Origin: Longimicrobiales bacterium
GTDB taxonomy: Bacteria; Gemmatimonadota; Gemmatimonadetes; Longimicrobiales; Gaopeijiaceae
DNA: 64,000 bases
Direction: 5' to 3'
NCBI GenBank assembly: GCA_965203485.1
Contig: OZ241892.1
Location: 832,001-896,000 of the forward strand
The notes beneath the pieces were generated by a model. That model was not told where the DNA came from. It worked only from the letters and a program-made list of their open reading frames with translations, and made no database searches. The translations under genes were made by a program, and so were the position numbers. Below, piece by piece: positions 9,954-22,366 of the stretch. Each line of letters starts with the position of its first letter. Position 1 is the stretch's first letter.

Positions 9954-11596
9954 AATCGAGGCGGATGGCCGAGTTGCCCGCGGCGCTGGCGGCCGTCGGC
10001 GCATTGGTTTGGACCGGCGCCTGCGGGCCGCGGGAGGACGAGGACGCGGCGACGATCCAGACCGTCGCCGCCGAGGTGCGCGACATGCGCATCACCGCCG
10101 AGGCGACCGGCGAGATCGAACCGATCCGCAAGGTCGAGGTGAAGTCGAAGGCGTCGGGCGAGATACTGGAGCTGTTCGTGGACTCCGGCGACGAAGTCGA
10201 GCCCGGGTCGCTGCTGGCCAGGGTCGATCCGCGCGACGTGCGGAACGCGCACGACCAGGCGAAGGCCGACTTGGAAGTCGCCGAGGCCCGCATGAAGATC
10301 TCGCAGGCGCAGCTCGGGCGCTCCGGGGAGCTCTTTCGCTCCGAGGTGATCACTGCCCAGGAGTACGAGACGAGGCAGCTCGATCACGCCAACGCACAGG
10401 CCCAGCTCGTGCGCGCCACCACCAACCTGCAACTCGCGGACCTGCGCCTGACCGACGTGACGATCCGGGCGCCGATGTCCGGGACGATCCTCGAGAAGCT
10501 CGTGGAGGACGGCCAAGTCATCCAGTCCGCCACGGGCAACGTGTCCGGCGGCACGACGCTGTTCGTCATGGCGAACCTGGACGAAATGCGCGTTCGGACG
10601 CTGGTTGACGAGACCGACGTGGGCCAGCTCTCGGCGGCCATGACCGCCACCGTGAGCGTCGAGGCGTTTCCGGACCGGACGTTCGAGGGCCAGATAGAGA
10701 AGATCGAGCCGCAGGCCACCGTCGTCCAGAACGTGACGATGTTTCCGGTGATCGTGCTGCTCGACAACCGCGCGGGGCTCCTCAAGCCGGGCATGAACGC
10801 CGAGGTCGAGGTGCTCGTCGACAGGCGAACCGCGGTCGTGACCGTGCCCAACAACGCCGTGGTCAAGCCGCACGAGGTGGCGCCCGCGGCCGAGGTGCTG
10901 GGCCTGGATCCGAACGAGATGGCGGTGGCCCGGAGTGCGTGGGCCGAGCTTGCCCAGCAGGCCGCGGCGCGGGTAGGGGCCGGGGACGCGCCCGGGCGGC
11001 GCATGGCGGCCGCCGCCGGCGGCGGGAACCCGGAGATGGCCGACGTGCGCCGGAAGATCGCGTCCGGCGAGATCGGACGTGATTCCGCGGCGGCGCTGAT
11101 GGCGGCGTGGCGGGCTCGCATGGGCGGCGGGGCCGCGGGCGGGCGGGGAGGCGGGAGCGGTCGTGCCGGCGGTCGCGCCGCAGAAGGCGAGACGGACGGC
11201 TCGGTGGCCGGCGCTGGACCTGCTGACGGCGGCGGCCGGGAACCGGAGGGCCGCGCGGCGCCGGGCGGGCGTGGCCAGGGCGGGACGCCGGGCATGGGCG
11301 GCCGGGGAGGAGGCGCGGGGTGGGCTGGGCTCGGGGCCTTCGCGCCGCGTGGCGGGTCGAGCGGCGATCCGGCCTTCGAGCCCGCGGTCGCGTTCGTCGT
11401 GGACGAAGCGGGCGCCGTCGCGGCCCGGCCCGTCATGCTGGGCCTGACCGACTGGGACCATGCCGAGATCGTGGTCGGCTTGGAGGAGGGCGAGCACGTC
11501 GCGCTCATCGGGACCGCCCAGTTGCTGGCGCAGCAGGCGGAGCGGATGGAGCGGCTCAGAAACCGGATGGGCGGCGGCCGCCCGTTCGGCGGCTAG
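9950..11596 (+). CDS. Efflux periplasmic adaptor (MacA/HlyD family) with a long Gly/Arg-rich insertion
   Basis: [48 protein letters not shown]. Lipobox-like TGAC. Confidence 0.92.
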   Translation: MKSRRMAELPAALAAVGALVWTGACGPREDEDAATIQTVAAEVRDMRITAEATGEIEPIRKVEVKSKASGEILELFVDSGDEVEPGSLLARVDPRDVRNAHDQAKADLEVAEARMKISQAQLGRSGELFRSEVITAQEYETRQLDHANAQAQLVRATTNLQLADLRLTDVTIRAPMSGTILEKLVEDGQVIQSATGNVSGGTTLFVMANLDEMRVRTLVDETDVGQLSAAMTATVSVEAFPDRTFEGQIEKIEPQATVVQNVTMFPVIVLLDNRAGLLKPGMNAEVEVLVDRRTAVVTVPNNAVVKPHEVAPAAEVLGLDPNEMAVARSAWAELAQQAAARVGAGDAPGRRMAAAAGGGNPEMADVRRKIASGEIGRDSAAALMAAWRARMGGGAAGGRGGGSGRAGGRAAEGETDGSVAGAGPADGGGREPEGRAAPGGRGQGGTPGMGGRGGGAGWAGLGAFAPRGGSSGDPAFEPAVAFVVDEAGAVAARPVMLGLTDWDHAEIVVGLEEGEHVALIGTAQLLAQQAERMERLRNRMGGGRPFGG

Positions 11597-11614
11597 CCGG
11601 AGGGGAGAGGGCGC

Positions 11615-12832
<1,218 letters not shown>

Positions 12833-12848
12833 CCGACCGGGGAACGCG

Positions 12849-13757
12849 CTAGCGCAGAGGGGGCGAAAGGGATATCCGTTCGCCGCGACGGACCAGGTCC
12901 ACTCCGACCGGATCGGACGCCGCCACGAGGGCCGTTCGCAGCTGGGCTACGGTGCTGATCGGTTCGCCGCCCACCGACACGACGACATCTCCGGCCCGCA
13001 GTCCGGCCCGCCCTGCCGGGCTGCCGGGCGTCACGTTTGTCGCCAGGACGCCTTCGCTTACGCCGAAGTGCTTGCCGAGCGCCCGGGTCAAGTCTCGCAG
13101 CTCCGCGCCGGTGGTCACGTAGACGCGCGGGGCGGCGTCCTCGGCGGGACCGAACGCCGGCACGGCCGCGGGGTTGATGCCCAGGTCGCGCCACGCGGCT
13201 CGCATGAACTCGGGCAACAAGCCCCACGGCACCTGGACCGGCGCGCCCCTCGACGCCTGCAAGGCCAAGGCGCTGTCCGTCCAGCCGAAGGATGCGCTTT
13301 CCATCAGCAGCGCGTCGGCCAACAACGAGTCGGTCGTCTTGAAGACGCGGTTGCGGACGTGCTCGTAGCGGGCGGCGGGCGCCGCCTGCGCAGTCGTGGG
13401 CCGTCTGCCAGCGAGAACGAAGACCAGCCTGTTCTCGCCGTTTCGCCTGAGCATGAGGCCGATCGTGTCGCCCGGCACCGGACCGGCCAGGGCTCGAACC
13501 CAGGCGTCGTAGTCGGCCAGCGGGCGGCCCGGGGAGAGCGTGTCGCCGGGACGGATCCCCGCGACGTCGGCCGGACCGCCCCGGTGGACGTCGATGACGA
13601 CGATCTCCAGCGGACCGGACTCGATCCCGCCGAGCGGGAGGTCCACGCGGATTCCGATCCAGCCGCCCCGCCCGGCGCCGCGCGCGTCCTGGCCGTCGGC
13701 TTGGCCGGAGGCTGCGAACCACGCCACGACCGCCAGCGCCGAAAGGCGTCCCCGCAT
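12849..13757 (-). CDS. Secreted tandem PDZ-domain protein with no protease domain
   Basis: Signal peptide; GWIGI...VHRGGPADVAGIRPGD and GVLATNVTPGSPAGRAGLRAGDVVVSVGG...LVRRGE. Confidence 0.8.
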   Translation of the reverse strand: MRGRLSALAVVAWFAASGQADGQDARGAGRGGWIGIRVDLPLGGIESGPLEIVVIDVHRGGPADVAGIRPGDTLSPGRPLADYDAWVRALAGPVPGDTIGLMLRRNGENRLVFVLAGRRPTTAQAAPAARYEHVRNRVFKTTDSLLADALLMESASFGWTDSALALQASRGAPVQVPWGLLPEFMRAAWRDLGINPAAVPAFGPAEDAAPRVYVTTGAELRDLTRALGKHFGVSEGVLATNVTPGSPAGRAGLRAGDVVVSVGGEPISTVAQLRTALVAASDPVGVDLVRRGERISLSPPLR

Positions 13758-13882
13758 TCGGCCCGGCGGCGCGGCCCGGCGCCGCGCGTCCGTCGGCTTG
13801 CGAGCTTCGGGGTTGCGGCGCGTCCGCCTTGCGCACGCGCCCGGCGCCGGCGCCGCGAGGGCGCGTCCGGGGGTCACCGAGC

Positions 13883-14584
13883 CTAGTACCAGCCGCCCGC
13901 GCGACCCATCTGCCGGAGCGCCTGCCGGCGTTGCGCCAGCGTGGTCAGCAGGAATCCGTTGAAGTAGGCGTCGGAGGGCGACTCCTCCACGGCCGCCCTC
14001 CCGGCCGCGACGAGCGCCTCGAGCGCGGCCAAGCGCGCAGCCGGGTCGCTGGCAACGGCGCCGGGCCGGTCGGCCTCCACGAACTGCCAGTAGGTTGCGT
14101 GAGCCCGCATCCAGTCCTGTTCGGCGGCGAGTACGGCGGCGCGGGCGTCTTCCAGCGACCGAGGCGGTCGTGGCTCGGCCCGGACCGCCGTCGTCGCCGG
14201 CACGCCGCCGCCCGCGCCCGGATTCCGGGCCGCCGCCGTCCACCCGGCACCCGCCCCGCCGACGAAGACGAGCGCCGCGGCCGCCGCTTGGTACCACTTG
14301 CGACGAGAGAGCGGACCAGCCCAGCCCGTCCCCCGCTCTCGGCGGCCGTGCTCGCCCATTGCGCTGGACCGACTTAGCAGCCCCGATTCGAGCAGCTTCG
14401 CTTCCACGCCGGCCCAAGCGCCGGCAGGCAGCACGGACGGGAGGGCGGCGAGCGCTTCCGTCTGCGCCCGCAACGCCTCGAGTTCCCGCGCGGCGACCGG
14501 ATCCGCGTCCAAGCGCGCCTGCTCGTCCGCCGTCGGCGTCTCGTCCACGAGCCGCGCCAGAGTTTCCAACGTCAACCGGTCCAT
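13883..14584 (-). CDS. Putative anti-sigma factor
   Basis: Overlaps the end of an ECF sigma gene. MDRLTLETLARLVD N-terminus, TM AAAAALVFVGGAGAG, helical C-domain. Confidence 0.7.
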   Translation of the reverse strand: MDRLTLETLARLVDETPTADEQARLDADPVAARELEALRAQTEALAALPSVLPAGAWAGVEAKLLESGLLSRSSAMGEHGRRERGTGWAGPLSRRKWYQAAAAALVFVGGAGAGWTAAARNPGAGGGVPATTAVRAEPRPPRSLEDARAAVLAAEQDWMRAHATYWQFVEADRPGAVASDPAARLAALEALVAAGRAAVEESPSDAYFNGFLLTTLAQRRQALRQMGRAGGWY

Positions 14585-15327
14585 GCCTTCGCCTCCTCGT
14601 TGTACTTGACGACGCCGCTCAGCAGCTTGCGCATCCGGGCGCGCGCCTTGAACAGTTGCGATTTCGAGGTGCCCGCCGTGACGCCCAGCGCCTCGCCGAT
14701 CTCCGCGTGGGTGTATCCTTCGACATCGTGCAATATGAGCACTTCGCGCATTCCCGCGGACAACTGGTCCAGGGCGGCCTCCAGTTTCTGGGCCAGCAGC
14801 GGGTCGCCGAAGCTGTGGGACGCCGGCAAGTCCACCGGAATCGACGTCTCGCGTTGCGCTCGCGTCTTTTCCTTGCGGAGCATCTGCAACGCCGTGTTCA
14901 CGGCGATCCGGTGCAGCCACGTGCCGAACCGGGCTTCGCCCCGGAAGGTGGGCAGCGCTCGGATGGCCCGTATCCACGTCTCCTGCGAGCAGTCCTGCGC
15001 CAAGTCGTCGTCGCCGATGATCCTCCGCACGACGGCGTGCACGCGAGGCGAGTAGCGGTCGTAGAGGGCGCGGACGGCGCGCTCGTCGCCTTCGCACGCT
15101 TTGGCGATCAGTTCCGGCTCGATGTCGGTGCGTCCGATGTGTCTAGCGTCCGGCTGGTCCGCGCAGCCGCTACGGTCGCGGTTGCAGCAGATCTGGCTTG
15201 GGGTCTCGCCTGCTTGGACTAGAGGACGCGAAGCAGGGTTGCCTGGCGGCCGCGCGGACGGCGTGCTTCGCGGTGTCCCGTTGTCGCCGGCGTCCAAGGA
15301 TGCCCGCGTCCACGCTGCGCGCGCCAC
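14572..15327 (-). CDS. ECF sigma-70 factor
   Basis: GDERAVRALYDRY, FRGEARFGTWLHRIAVN, LHDVEGYTHAEIGEALGVTAGTSKSQLFKAR. The conserved part begins near 15123; the nearest canonical start is GTG 15327. Confidence 0.93.
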   Translation of the reverse strand: MARAAWTRASLDAGDNGTPRSTPSARPPGNPASRPLVQAGETPSQICCNRDRSGCADQPDARHIGRTDIEPELIAKACEGDERAVRALYDRYSPRVHAVVRRIIGDDDLAQDCSQETWIRAIRALPTFRGEARFGTWLHRIAVNTALQMLRKEKTRAQRETSIPVDLPASHSFGDPLLAQKLEAALDQLSAGMREVLILHDVEGYTHAEIGEALGVTAGTSKSQLFKARARMRKLLSGVVKYNEEAKAWTG

Positions 15328-15334
15328 TTTGTCG

Positions 15335-15341
15335 TATCGTA
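15335..15341. promoter_or_regulatory. Overlapping divergent -10-like hexamers
   Basis: TATCGT (+, 15335-15340) and TACGAT (-, 15336-15341) lie between the divergent sigma and thrC genes. Confidence 0.3.
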
Positions 15342-15481
15342 TCGGAGCAGCCTAGCCGCGCGGCCGCGCCTGCGCACCCCCCGGCCACGCCGCCGGCCCG
15401 GAAGCATCGACCCCGCGGTCCCCCGTCCGGCGCCTTCGTCCGCGGCCTCCGGGACCCATGCATCGGCCTCTCCGCTTGCCC

Positions 15482-16726
15482 ATGATCTCCTCGCCCGACC
15501 CTGCTTCCGCCGCCGCCGCACCCGCCACGGGAGATCCGCCGCTCCCGGCCGCCCGGTCTTGCGGCGCGTCCCACCTCGAATGTTCGGGCACAGGCCGCGC
15601 CTACCCGTCCGAGCGGCTTTCCGGCCTGTCCCCGGCGGGCAAGCCGTTCCTGGCCCGCTACGATCTGCACGCGTTGCGGGGCCGGTTCGCGCCCGCCGCC
15701 CTGGCGGACCGCGAGCCGTCGCTGTGGCGCTACGAGGAAGTCCTTCCCGTCCGCGACCGAGCCCGCCGGGCGACGCTGGGCGAGGGGTTCACGCCCTTGA
15801 TCGAGTCGCCGCGTCTGGCCCGCGCGTACGGCGTCGGGCGCCTCTGGATCAAGGACGAGGGCCAGAACCCGACGGGCTCGTTCAAGGACCGGGGGCTCTG
15901 CATGGCCGTCTCGCGGGCATGGGAGCTGGGCGCCGAGGAGCTCGCGATTCCGTCGGCGGGCAACGCCGCGAGCGCCACGGCGGCCTACGGCGCCGCAGCT
16001 GGGTTGCCGGTCCACGTGGTGGTCCCGCGCGACACGCCCGCGCCGATCCTGGCGGAACTCGACGCGCTCGGAGCCGACGTGCGGCTGCTGGACGGGGTCA
16101 TCAGCGACTGCGGCAAGGTCGTGCGCCGGATGTGCGACGAGCGCGGGTGGTGGGACCTGTCCACGCTCAAGGAGCCGTACCGCGTGGAGGGGAAGAAAAC
16201 GATGGGCTACGAGCTGTTCGAGCAGTTGGGGCGGTTGCCGGGCGCGATCGTGTATCCGACGGGGGGCGGCACCGGGCTGATCGGCATGTGGAAGGCGTTC
16301 GACGAGATGGAGCAGCTGGGTTGGATTGGGGCGGAGCGCCCGAAGATGTTCTCCGTGCAGGCCGAGGGATGCGCGCCGGTGGTGCGGGCGTGGGAGGCGG
16401 GCGACGACTCGGCCGAGCCGTGGGAGGGGGCGGCCACGTACGCGTCCGGGTTGCGGGTGCCCGGAGCCGTCGGGGACTTCCTGATCCTGCGCGCCTTGCG
16501 CGAATCGGGGGGCGGCGCGGTGGCGGTCGGCGACCGCGACATGGCCGGCGCGGTCAAGGCCGTCGGAGCCGCCACGGGCGTCTTCGCCGCGCCGGAGGGC
16601 GGTGCGACGGCGGCGGCCCTGCCCGCTCTCCGCGACATGGGACTGCTGAACGAACGCGACGAAGTGGTCCTCTTCAACACCGGCAGCGGCCTCAAGTACG
16701 TCGGCATGGAGCCGCTGGACCGGTGA
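15482..16726 (+). CDS. thrC: Threonine synthase (fold-type II PLP enzyme)
   Basis: LWRY, TLGEGFTPL, KDEGQNPTGSFKDRG (PLP Lys), PSAGNA, EGKKTMGYE, YPTGGG, NTGSGLKY. Confidence 0.9.
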   Translation: MISSPDPASAAAAPATGDPPLPAARSCGASHLECSGTGRAYPSERLSGLSPAGKPFLARYDLHALRGRFAPAALADREPSLWRYEEVLPVRDRARRATLGEGFTPLIESPRLARAYGVGRLWIKDEGQNPTGSFKDRGLCMAVSRAWELGAEELAIPSAGNAASATAAYGAAAGLPVHVVVPRDTPAPILAELDALGADVRLLDGVISDCGKVVRRMCDERGWWDLSTLKEPYRVEGKKTMGYELFEQLGRLPGAIVYPTGGGTGLIGMWKAFDEMEQLGWIGAERPKMFSVQAEGCAPVVRAWEAGDDSAEPWEGAATYASGLRVPGAVGDFLILRALRESGGGAVAVGDRDMAGAVKAVGAATGVFAAPEGGATAAALPALRDMGLLNERDEVVLFNTGSGLKYVGMEPLDR

Positions 16727-16835
16727 CGCCGGCGGCGGCCGGACTCGGCGCGCGCGTTGCTCCGAAGGGGGTGGCGGTTCCCAGCGCCGGCACCGGATCG
16801 CGCTGGGCGGCGGGCTGGGCCCCGCGGGTGCCGTC

Positions 16836-17075
16836 GTGACCTACGTCTTCGCGGCCTTGGGGGCGCTGGCCCTCGCGGCAGGGGCGGCGGCGCGCTGGCG
16901 AATGCGGCGGGACCGGCGGACCGAGGCGGGGATGACCGACGACGACGTGCGCCAGATCGAGCAGCACGGCTGGCTGGTGCGCGAGGAGGAAGACGAGCCC
17001 CTGGACCTCGAGGAGATACGCGAAGCCGAGAAGCGCTTTTGGGAGCCGACTTGGGACCGTCCCGAAGAGCGCTGA
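16836..17075 (+). CDS. Small membrane-anchored hypothetical protein
   Basis: N-terminal TM, then acidic MTDDDVRQIEQHG...EPLDLEEIREAEKRFW. Confidence 0.7.
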   Translation: MTYVFAALGALALAAGAAARWRMRRDRRTEAGMTDDDVRQIEQHGWLVREEEDEPLDLEEIREAEKRFWEPTWDRPEER

Positions 17076-17118
17076 CCGGCGAGTCCCTTACCCCCCGGGG
17101 AACGCGGGATGGTTGGCG

Positions 17119-17646
17119 CTAGTCGCGTGGTCTCCAGCGGTAGCTGATCTCCGGCAACGGGACGAACGCCCGCCGGGGAGGACGGAGGTCCTCGGGGTCG
17201 GGCCGTCTCAGCGCGAGCGCCCGGTTGAGGTAGACCGCCGCCCCCGCCCAATGATTGCCGGAAAACCGCGCGTCGAATCCGACGGGAATCCGCGCGATCA
17301 AGCCGACGCCCGTCCCCTCCTCGGCGCGGGCGACGATGCCCCAGAGACCTGCCCCCGCAAAGGGCTCGACGGCGCTCGAGCCGACGTACTGCTTGGCCGT
17401 CACCGACAGGCTCACGTCGCGGAAGCCCCAGGTGCCGAGCTGCACTTCCACGCCTTGGTGGCGCCACCGGTACTCCGCCACCAGCGCCACCGTGCTCGCA
17501 CCGCCCGCCGACACTCCGAACCGGTACTGAGCGGTTGCCGGCGAGGCCAGTCCAGCGCCCGCCGCGCAAGCAAGGGCGACGGCGCGGCCCATGCGTCGCG
17601 CCGGGTCACCGCGTCGAGCAGTCGGGACGGCCATGGCGCGAAACAT
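17119..17646 (-). CDS. Secreted hypothetical protein, small beta-barrel-like
   Basis: Signal peptide ending ATA-Q; alternating beta-strand pattern; aromatic-rich ISYRW near the end. Confidence 0.65.
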   Translation of the reverse strand: MFRAMAVPTARRGDPARRMGRAVALACAAGAGLASPATAQYRFGVSAGGASTVALVAEYRWRHQGVEVQLGTWGFRDVSLSVTAKQYVGSSAVEPFAGAGLWGIVARAEEGTGVGLIARIPVGFDARFSGNHWAGAAVYLNRALALRRPDPEDLRPPRRAFVPLPEISYRWRPRD

Positions 17647-17856
17647 ATTTGCGCTCGGGTGCGGTTGCCAGCCGGGCGGTTGCCGGCGTTGGCCGCAGTC
17701 CCGACTTGCCCCGGGCGCCGCGACCCACGACCACCCTGGGGATGGCGCGGCGCTTCGGCCTCCGGGGGGAGCTCCGCGCTTGGCCGCCGGCCCGTCGGTG
17801 TGCGATACTGAGGGCGTTCAGCGCCGTCCGCTCCCCCCTCGCCGAACGCTCGTTCC

Positions 17857-18858
17857 TTGGCCGATTCGCCGCTCCTCGCACGTTGGCTTCGCCGCGCTGG
17901 TACGGCAACGCTGGCGGCGGTCCTGCCCTTGGCGTGCGGCGTGCCCGACCGTCCCGCCGGATTGCCGGCGCCCATGGCGGAGGCGGCAATCGAGTGGCTG
18001 GCCCCCGACACGCTTCGCTCCTTGCGCATCGGCGACGGCGTCTTCTACCGGTACGCGTGGTCGGCGAAGGGTCCGTGGGCCGTTCACTTGGTCTCGGCCG
18101 ACCTCTCCCGCTGCGACGTGAGCCTCGCCGTCGTGCCCGCCTTGGCGAACGACGGCGTCACTCGCTCGCGGTTGCGCGTCTCGGAGATGTCGCCGCCGGA
18201 CGGCTTGGCCGGGATCGCGGCCGTCAACGGCGACTTCTTCACGCCCCGAGGAAGTCCGCTGGGCGCGGAGCTCACCATCTCCACCAAGCGGTGGACCAGC
18301 CGTCCGGCCCTCGTGTGGCGGAAGGGCCTGGGAGCCTGGATCGGCACGCCGGACCGCCAGGGCGGCAGACCCGGCGCCGGCTTCGGCTCCATCGGGTCCG
18401 ACATGGCGTTCGGCGACTCCGTCGCGCCTTCCGCCGAAGCGCCCGACGGAGGATGGCAGGTGGTGGGCGGGTATCCCAAGCTGCTCGACTCCGACCGGGT
18501 CGCGATGGGGGTCGCGACGGCCCGGCCCGAGTTCGCCGCCCTCCGCCACCCAAGAACCGGGGTCGCGATCGACACCGAATCCAACCGCCTTTGGATGGTG
18601 GTGGTGGACGGTCGCCAGGAACCCCATTCCGCGGGCATGACGCTGCACGAACTCGCCGACTTGATGGCCTCTCTCGGGGCCGACGAAGCTCTCAACCTGG
18701 ACGGCGGAGGGTCGTCCGCGATGCTGTTGCGGGGCCGCTTGGCCAACCACCCGTCCGACGCCTCCGGCGAACGCCGCGTGGCGAACAGCCTTTGGCTCGT
18801 CCGGGATCGGTCGACATGCCCCGGCAGAGTCGCGCGCCGCGGCCCGCGAGGCCGGTAG
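17857..18858 (+). CDS. Phosphodiester glycosidase (NAGPA) family lipoprotein
   Basis: AAVNGDFF, HPRTGVA, VVVDGRQ, ALNLDGGGSS, ERRVANSL. Lipobox LAC. Confidence 0.9.
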   Translation: MADSPLLARWLRRAGTATLAAVLPLACGVPDRPAGLPAPMAEAAIEWLAPDTLRSLRIGDGVFYRYAWSAKGPWAVHLVSADLSRCDVSLAVVPALANDGVTRSRLRVSEMSPPDGLAGIAAVNGDFFTPRGSPLGAELTISTKRWTSRPALVWRKGLGAWIGTPDRQGGRPGAGFGSIGSDMAFGDSVAPSAEAPDGGWQVVGGYPKLLDSDRVAMGVATARPEFAALRHPRTGVAIDTESNRLWMVVVDGRQEPHSAGMTLHELADLMASLGADEALNLDGGGSSAMLLRGRLANHPSDASGERRVANSLWLVRDRSTCPGRVARRGPRGR

Positions 18859-19003
18859 GCGAGACCGGGTCGGGACCGCCCGACGGCCTACGACGAAGGA
18901 GTGGCCGCATACGACATGGAACCGGGCGGCGGATGCAGTCGATTCGTTGGCGACGCTGGCCGCCGAAATCGAGGAGACGGCCGACGAATGGCACTGAGTG
19001 AAC

Positions 19004-19041
19004 CAAGATGGCGTTTGGGGCGTCAAGATGACGCCAAGATG
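19004..19041. promoter_or_regulatory. Operator-like repeat cluster upstream of hsdR
   Basis: CAAGATG three times (19004, 19024, 19035) and a perfect inverted repeat GGCGTCA-aga-TGACGCC (19019-19035). Confidence 0.45.
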
Positions 19042-19052
19042 AGCTTCTTCCC

Positions 19053-22031
19053 GTGACCCCCCACCGGATCGACGAGGGGGCCGTCGCGCAGTTTCCGATG
19101 GTCCGGCACGCGCAGGAGGTCGGCTGGACGCCGCTGGAGCCCAAGGTGGCCACAGCCAAGCGAGGAGGCCGGGAAGGCGCCTTCTTCCGCGACGAGCTTG
19201 AAGTCGCCATCCGTCGCTTCAACCCTTGGCTGACCCCTGACGCCGTCCGGTCCGTCGTGGAGCGGATCGAGGCCACGCCGCCGACGGTCGAGGGGAACCG
19301 CCAGATGCTGGGCTGGATGCGCGGGGAAAGGCAATGGTACGACGAGACGGAGAAGCGGCAGCGGTTCGTCCGGCTGATCGACTTCGACGAACCGAACGCC
19401 AACGTCCTTCACGTCACGTGGGAGTGGTCGATCAAGCCGCCTTCCCGGCGTCGGGGGGCGCGGGCAGACCTCATGTTCCTCGTCAACGGGCTGCCCGTGG
19501 CGATCGTGGAGCACAAGAACCCCAAGCAGGCCGACGCCATCGAGCGGGGCCTGAATCAGCTGAAGCGGTACGAGGCGAGCACGCCGGAGCTGGTCGGCTC
19601 GGCTCAGCTCTTCAACGTCACGCACATGCTCGACTACTGGTACGGGGTCACGTGGAACCTGTCGCGCCGCTTCATGGCGCGCTGGAAGGAATCGCCCGGC
19701 GACAAGGGCAAGCGCGGCTTCGACGACAGCTACCGCTTCGCCGTCCAGTCCTTCTTCGAGCCGACCGACTTCCTGCGGACGCTCCGCGACTGGATTCTGT
19801 TCTACGTCGAGGACGGCGAGACACGGAAGACGGTGTTGCGGCAACACCAGCGCCGGGCCGCGACGCGCGTGGTCGAACGATGCGCCGAGCCGAAGAAGCG
19901 ACGGGGTCTGGTCTGGCACACCCAAGGTTCGGGCAAGACCTTCACGCTCCTCACGGCGGCCCGGCTGCTGCTCCAGGACCGTGCGCGCTTCCAATCGCCC
20001 ACCGTCATTGTCGTGGTGGACCGGATCGACCTTGAGGGGCAGCTCCGAGAGTGGGTCGAGCGTCTGCTGGGCGAGATGCAGCAGCAGGACGTCGCGGTGC
20101 ACCAAGCCGGCTCCAAGGCCGAGCTGGCGGAGCTGCTCCGAACCGACAGGCGCGGGCTGATCCTGTCGATGATCCACAAGTTCGACGGGCTCGACAGGGA
20201 CGCGAACACGCGCGACAACGTCTTCGTCTTCATCGACGAGGCGCACCGCTCCGTCGCCCGCGACCTGGGCACCTACCTCATGGGCGCGGTGCCGAACGCC
20301 ACCATCGTCGGCTTCACCGGCACGCCGATCGCCAAGACCGAGCATGGCCAAGGAACGTTCAAGATCTTCGGCGCCGACGACGAGAAAGGCTATCTGCACA
20401 AGTACACCATCGCCGAGTCGATCGAGGACGAAACCACGCTCCCGATCCGCCACGTCATGGCGCCCAGCGAGACGACGGTGCCGGCGGAGAAGCTGGACGA
20501 CGAGTTCTTCGCCTTGGCCGCCGCCGAGAGCGTCACCGACGTGGACGAGCTCAACAAGGTCCTGGACCGCGCCGTCGGGCTGCGCACGTTCCTGACCGCG
20601 GACGACCGCGTGGACAAGGTTGCGGCCTACGTCGCCCGCCACTTCCGCGAGAACGTGCAGCCCCTTGGGTACAAGGCGTTCCTGGTCGGCGTGAACCGGG
20701 AGGCTTGCGCCAAGTACAAGCGGGCCCTCGACAAGCTTCTTCCGCGGGAGTGGACCGCGCCCGTCTACACCGAGAAACCCGACGACGTCGTGAAGCGGCC
20801 GATCGTCGCCGAGCATCAGCTGGCGCGAGACCAAGAGGACGAAGCGCGGCTGATGTTCAAGAAGGCGGGCGAGAACCCCAGAATCCTGATCGTGACCGAC
20901 AAGCTGCTCACGGGATTCGACGCACCGTTGCTGTACTGCATGTATCTCGACAAGCCCATGCGCGATCATGTGCTCCTGCAAGCGATTGCCCGCGTGAACC
21001 GGCCTCGCGTGGACCCGGACACCGGCGTCCGCAAGCGGATCGGGCTCGTGGTGGACTTCGTGGGCGTGCTTCGGGCGCTGGAGAAGGCGTTGCGCTTCGA
21101 TTCCACCGACGTGAGCGGGGTCGTCGAGGGCATCGACGTGCTCCTGGGCGATTTCCGCGACAAGCTGGCCCGAGCGGAGGCGAAGTACCTCTCCACGACG
21201 GCGGCCGACCGTGCCGACGCCTGGCTGGAGCAACGCGTCTACGACCAGCTTCGCGATCCGGCCGCACGCGACGAATTCTTCGAGTCCTACAAGGAGATCG
21301 AGGCGCTGATGGAGATCCTGTCGCCCTCCGACGAGCTACGCGACCATCTGGGCTCCTACAAGCTGCTGGCCGGCCTCTACGCGGCCACGCAGGTTGCGTA
21401 CGCCCGCAAGGTGGACTACGTGGCCGACCTGGCCGCCAAGACGCGCGTCATGATTCAGCAGAGTGCGGTCACGGAAGGGCTGGGCCACGCCCCGCGAGCC
21501 GTCACCTTCGACCTGAAGACGGTGGAAGCGTTGCGGGACGGGCCGGAGCGCGACGAGGCCAAGGTGTTCAACTTGCTGCGCGGGATGCGCAAGGTGATCG
21601 ACGACAACGCCGAGTTGGCTTCCGTTCTGTTGCCGTTGCAGGAGCGCGCCGAGCGCGTGCAACAGGACCTGGAGACTCGAAAGATATCCTCGATGGAGGC
21701 GATCGACCTGCTTGCCGGGCTGGCCAAGGAGAAGGACGACGCGCTTGCGGCCGCAGAGGAAAGTGGACTGTCCGCGAGGGCCTTTGGAGTCTACTGGGAG
21801 CTGCGGAACGAGTCGGCCATGACCGGGGCGGCGACGTCGGCCATGGAGTTGGCTCGCCGGATCGACGAGCTGCTTGTCCGCTTCCCCAATGCTAAGCACA
21901 GCGAGCACGAGCAACGCTTGTTGCGAAGGCACCTGTACAGTCCGCTGCTCGAGCTGACCAGCGGTCGCCGCAAGCAAGTTGTGGACCGCGTCATGAACCT
22001 CGTGCTGGGCACGCCCGATGACGACGACTGA
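19053..22031 (+). CDS. hsdR: Type I restriction enzyme R subunit
   Basis: Nuclease motif [19 protein letters not shown]; helicase motifs [41 protein letters not shown]. Confidence 0.95.
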   Translation: MTPHRIDEGAVAQFPMVRHAQEVGWTPLEPKVATAKRGGREGAFFRDELEVAIRRFNPWLTPDAVRSVVERIEATPPTVEGNRQMLGWMRGERQWYDETEKRQRFVRLIDFDEPNANVLHVTWEWSIKPPSRRRGARADLMFLVNGLPVAIVEHKNPKQADAIERGLNQLKRYEASTPELVGSAQLFNVTHMLDYWYGVTWNLSRRFMARWKESPGDKGKRGFDDSYRFAVQSFFEPTDFLRTLRDWILFYVEDGETRKTVLRQHQRRAATRVVERCAEPKKRRGLVWHTQGSGKTFTLLTAARLLLQDRARFQSPTVIVVVDRIDLEGQLREWVERLLGEMQQQDVAVHQAGSKAELAELLRTDRRGLILSMIHKFDGLDRDANTRDNVFVFIDEAHRSVARDLGTYLMGAVPNATIVGFTGTPIAKTEHGQGTFKIFGADDEKGYLHKYTIAESIEDETTLPIRHVMAPSETTVPAEKLDDEFFALAAAESVTDVDELNKVLDRAVGLRTFLTADDRVDKVAAYVARHFRENVQPLGYKAFLVGVNREACAKYKRALDKLLPREWTAPVYTEKPDDVVKRPIVAEHQLARDQEDEARLMFKKAGENPRILIVTDKLLTGFDAPLLYCMYLDKPMRDHVLLQAIARVNRPRVDPDTGVRKRIGLVVDFVGVLRALEKALRFDSTDVSGVVEGIDVLLGDFRDKLARAEAKYLSTTAADRADAWLEQRVYDQLRDPAARDEFFESYKEIEALMEILSPSDELRDHLGSYKLLAGLYAATQVAYARKVDYVADLAAKTRVMIQQSAVTEGLGHAPRAVTFDLKTVEALRDGPERDEAKVFNLLRGMRKVIDDNAELASVLLPLQERAERVQQDLETRKISSMEAIDLLAGLAKEKDDALAAAEESGLSARAFGVYWELRNESAMTGAATSAMELARRIDELLVRFPNAKHSEHEQRLLRRHLYSPLLELTSGRRKQVVDRVMNLVLGTPDDDD

Positions 22032-22341
22032 CGCCCTTCGCAGCCGCGTGCGTTCGTGGGCAGCCCGCCTCGACGCGCGGCCCAAGTTGGTTCGGATTCG
22101 GCGGATGACCCGGAAGTGGGGCTCCTGCTCCACGGCGGGGACCGTCACGCTGGCCGCCGACTTGGCGGACCAGCCGCCGGGATTCCAGGACTTCGTGATC
22201 GCTCACGAGCTGCTCCACCTACGGGTCCCCAACCACGGCAAGCTGTTCAGAGCCCTGATGACCGCCCACGTGCCCGACTGGAGAAAGCACGACCTTCGGC
22301 GGAGGGTTGGGGCGGGAGACGGCGACGCCTCCTGGGGCTGA
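22018..22341 (+). CDS. Short M48/YgjP (DUF45) metallopeptidase-like protein
   Basis: KWGSCS and [18 protein letters not shown]. Overlaps the hsdR end, as is usual for type I RM loci. Confidence 0.9.
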   Translation: MTTTDALRSRVRSWAARLDARPKLVRIRRMTRKWGSCSTAGTVTLAADLADQPPGFQDFVIAHELLHLRVPNHGKLFRALMTAHVPDWRKHDLRRRVGAGDGDASWG

Positions 22342-22366
22342 CGCCGCTCTCGCAAGCCGGCCCTGG

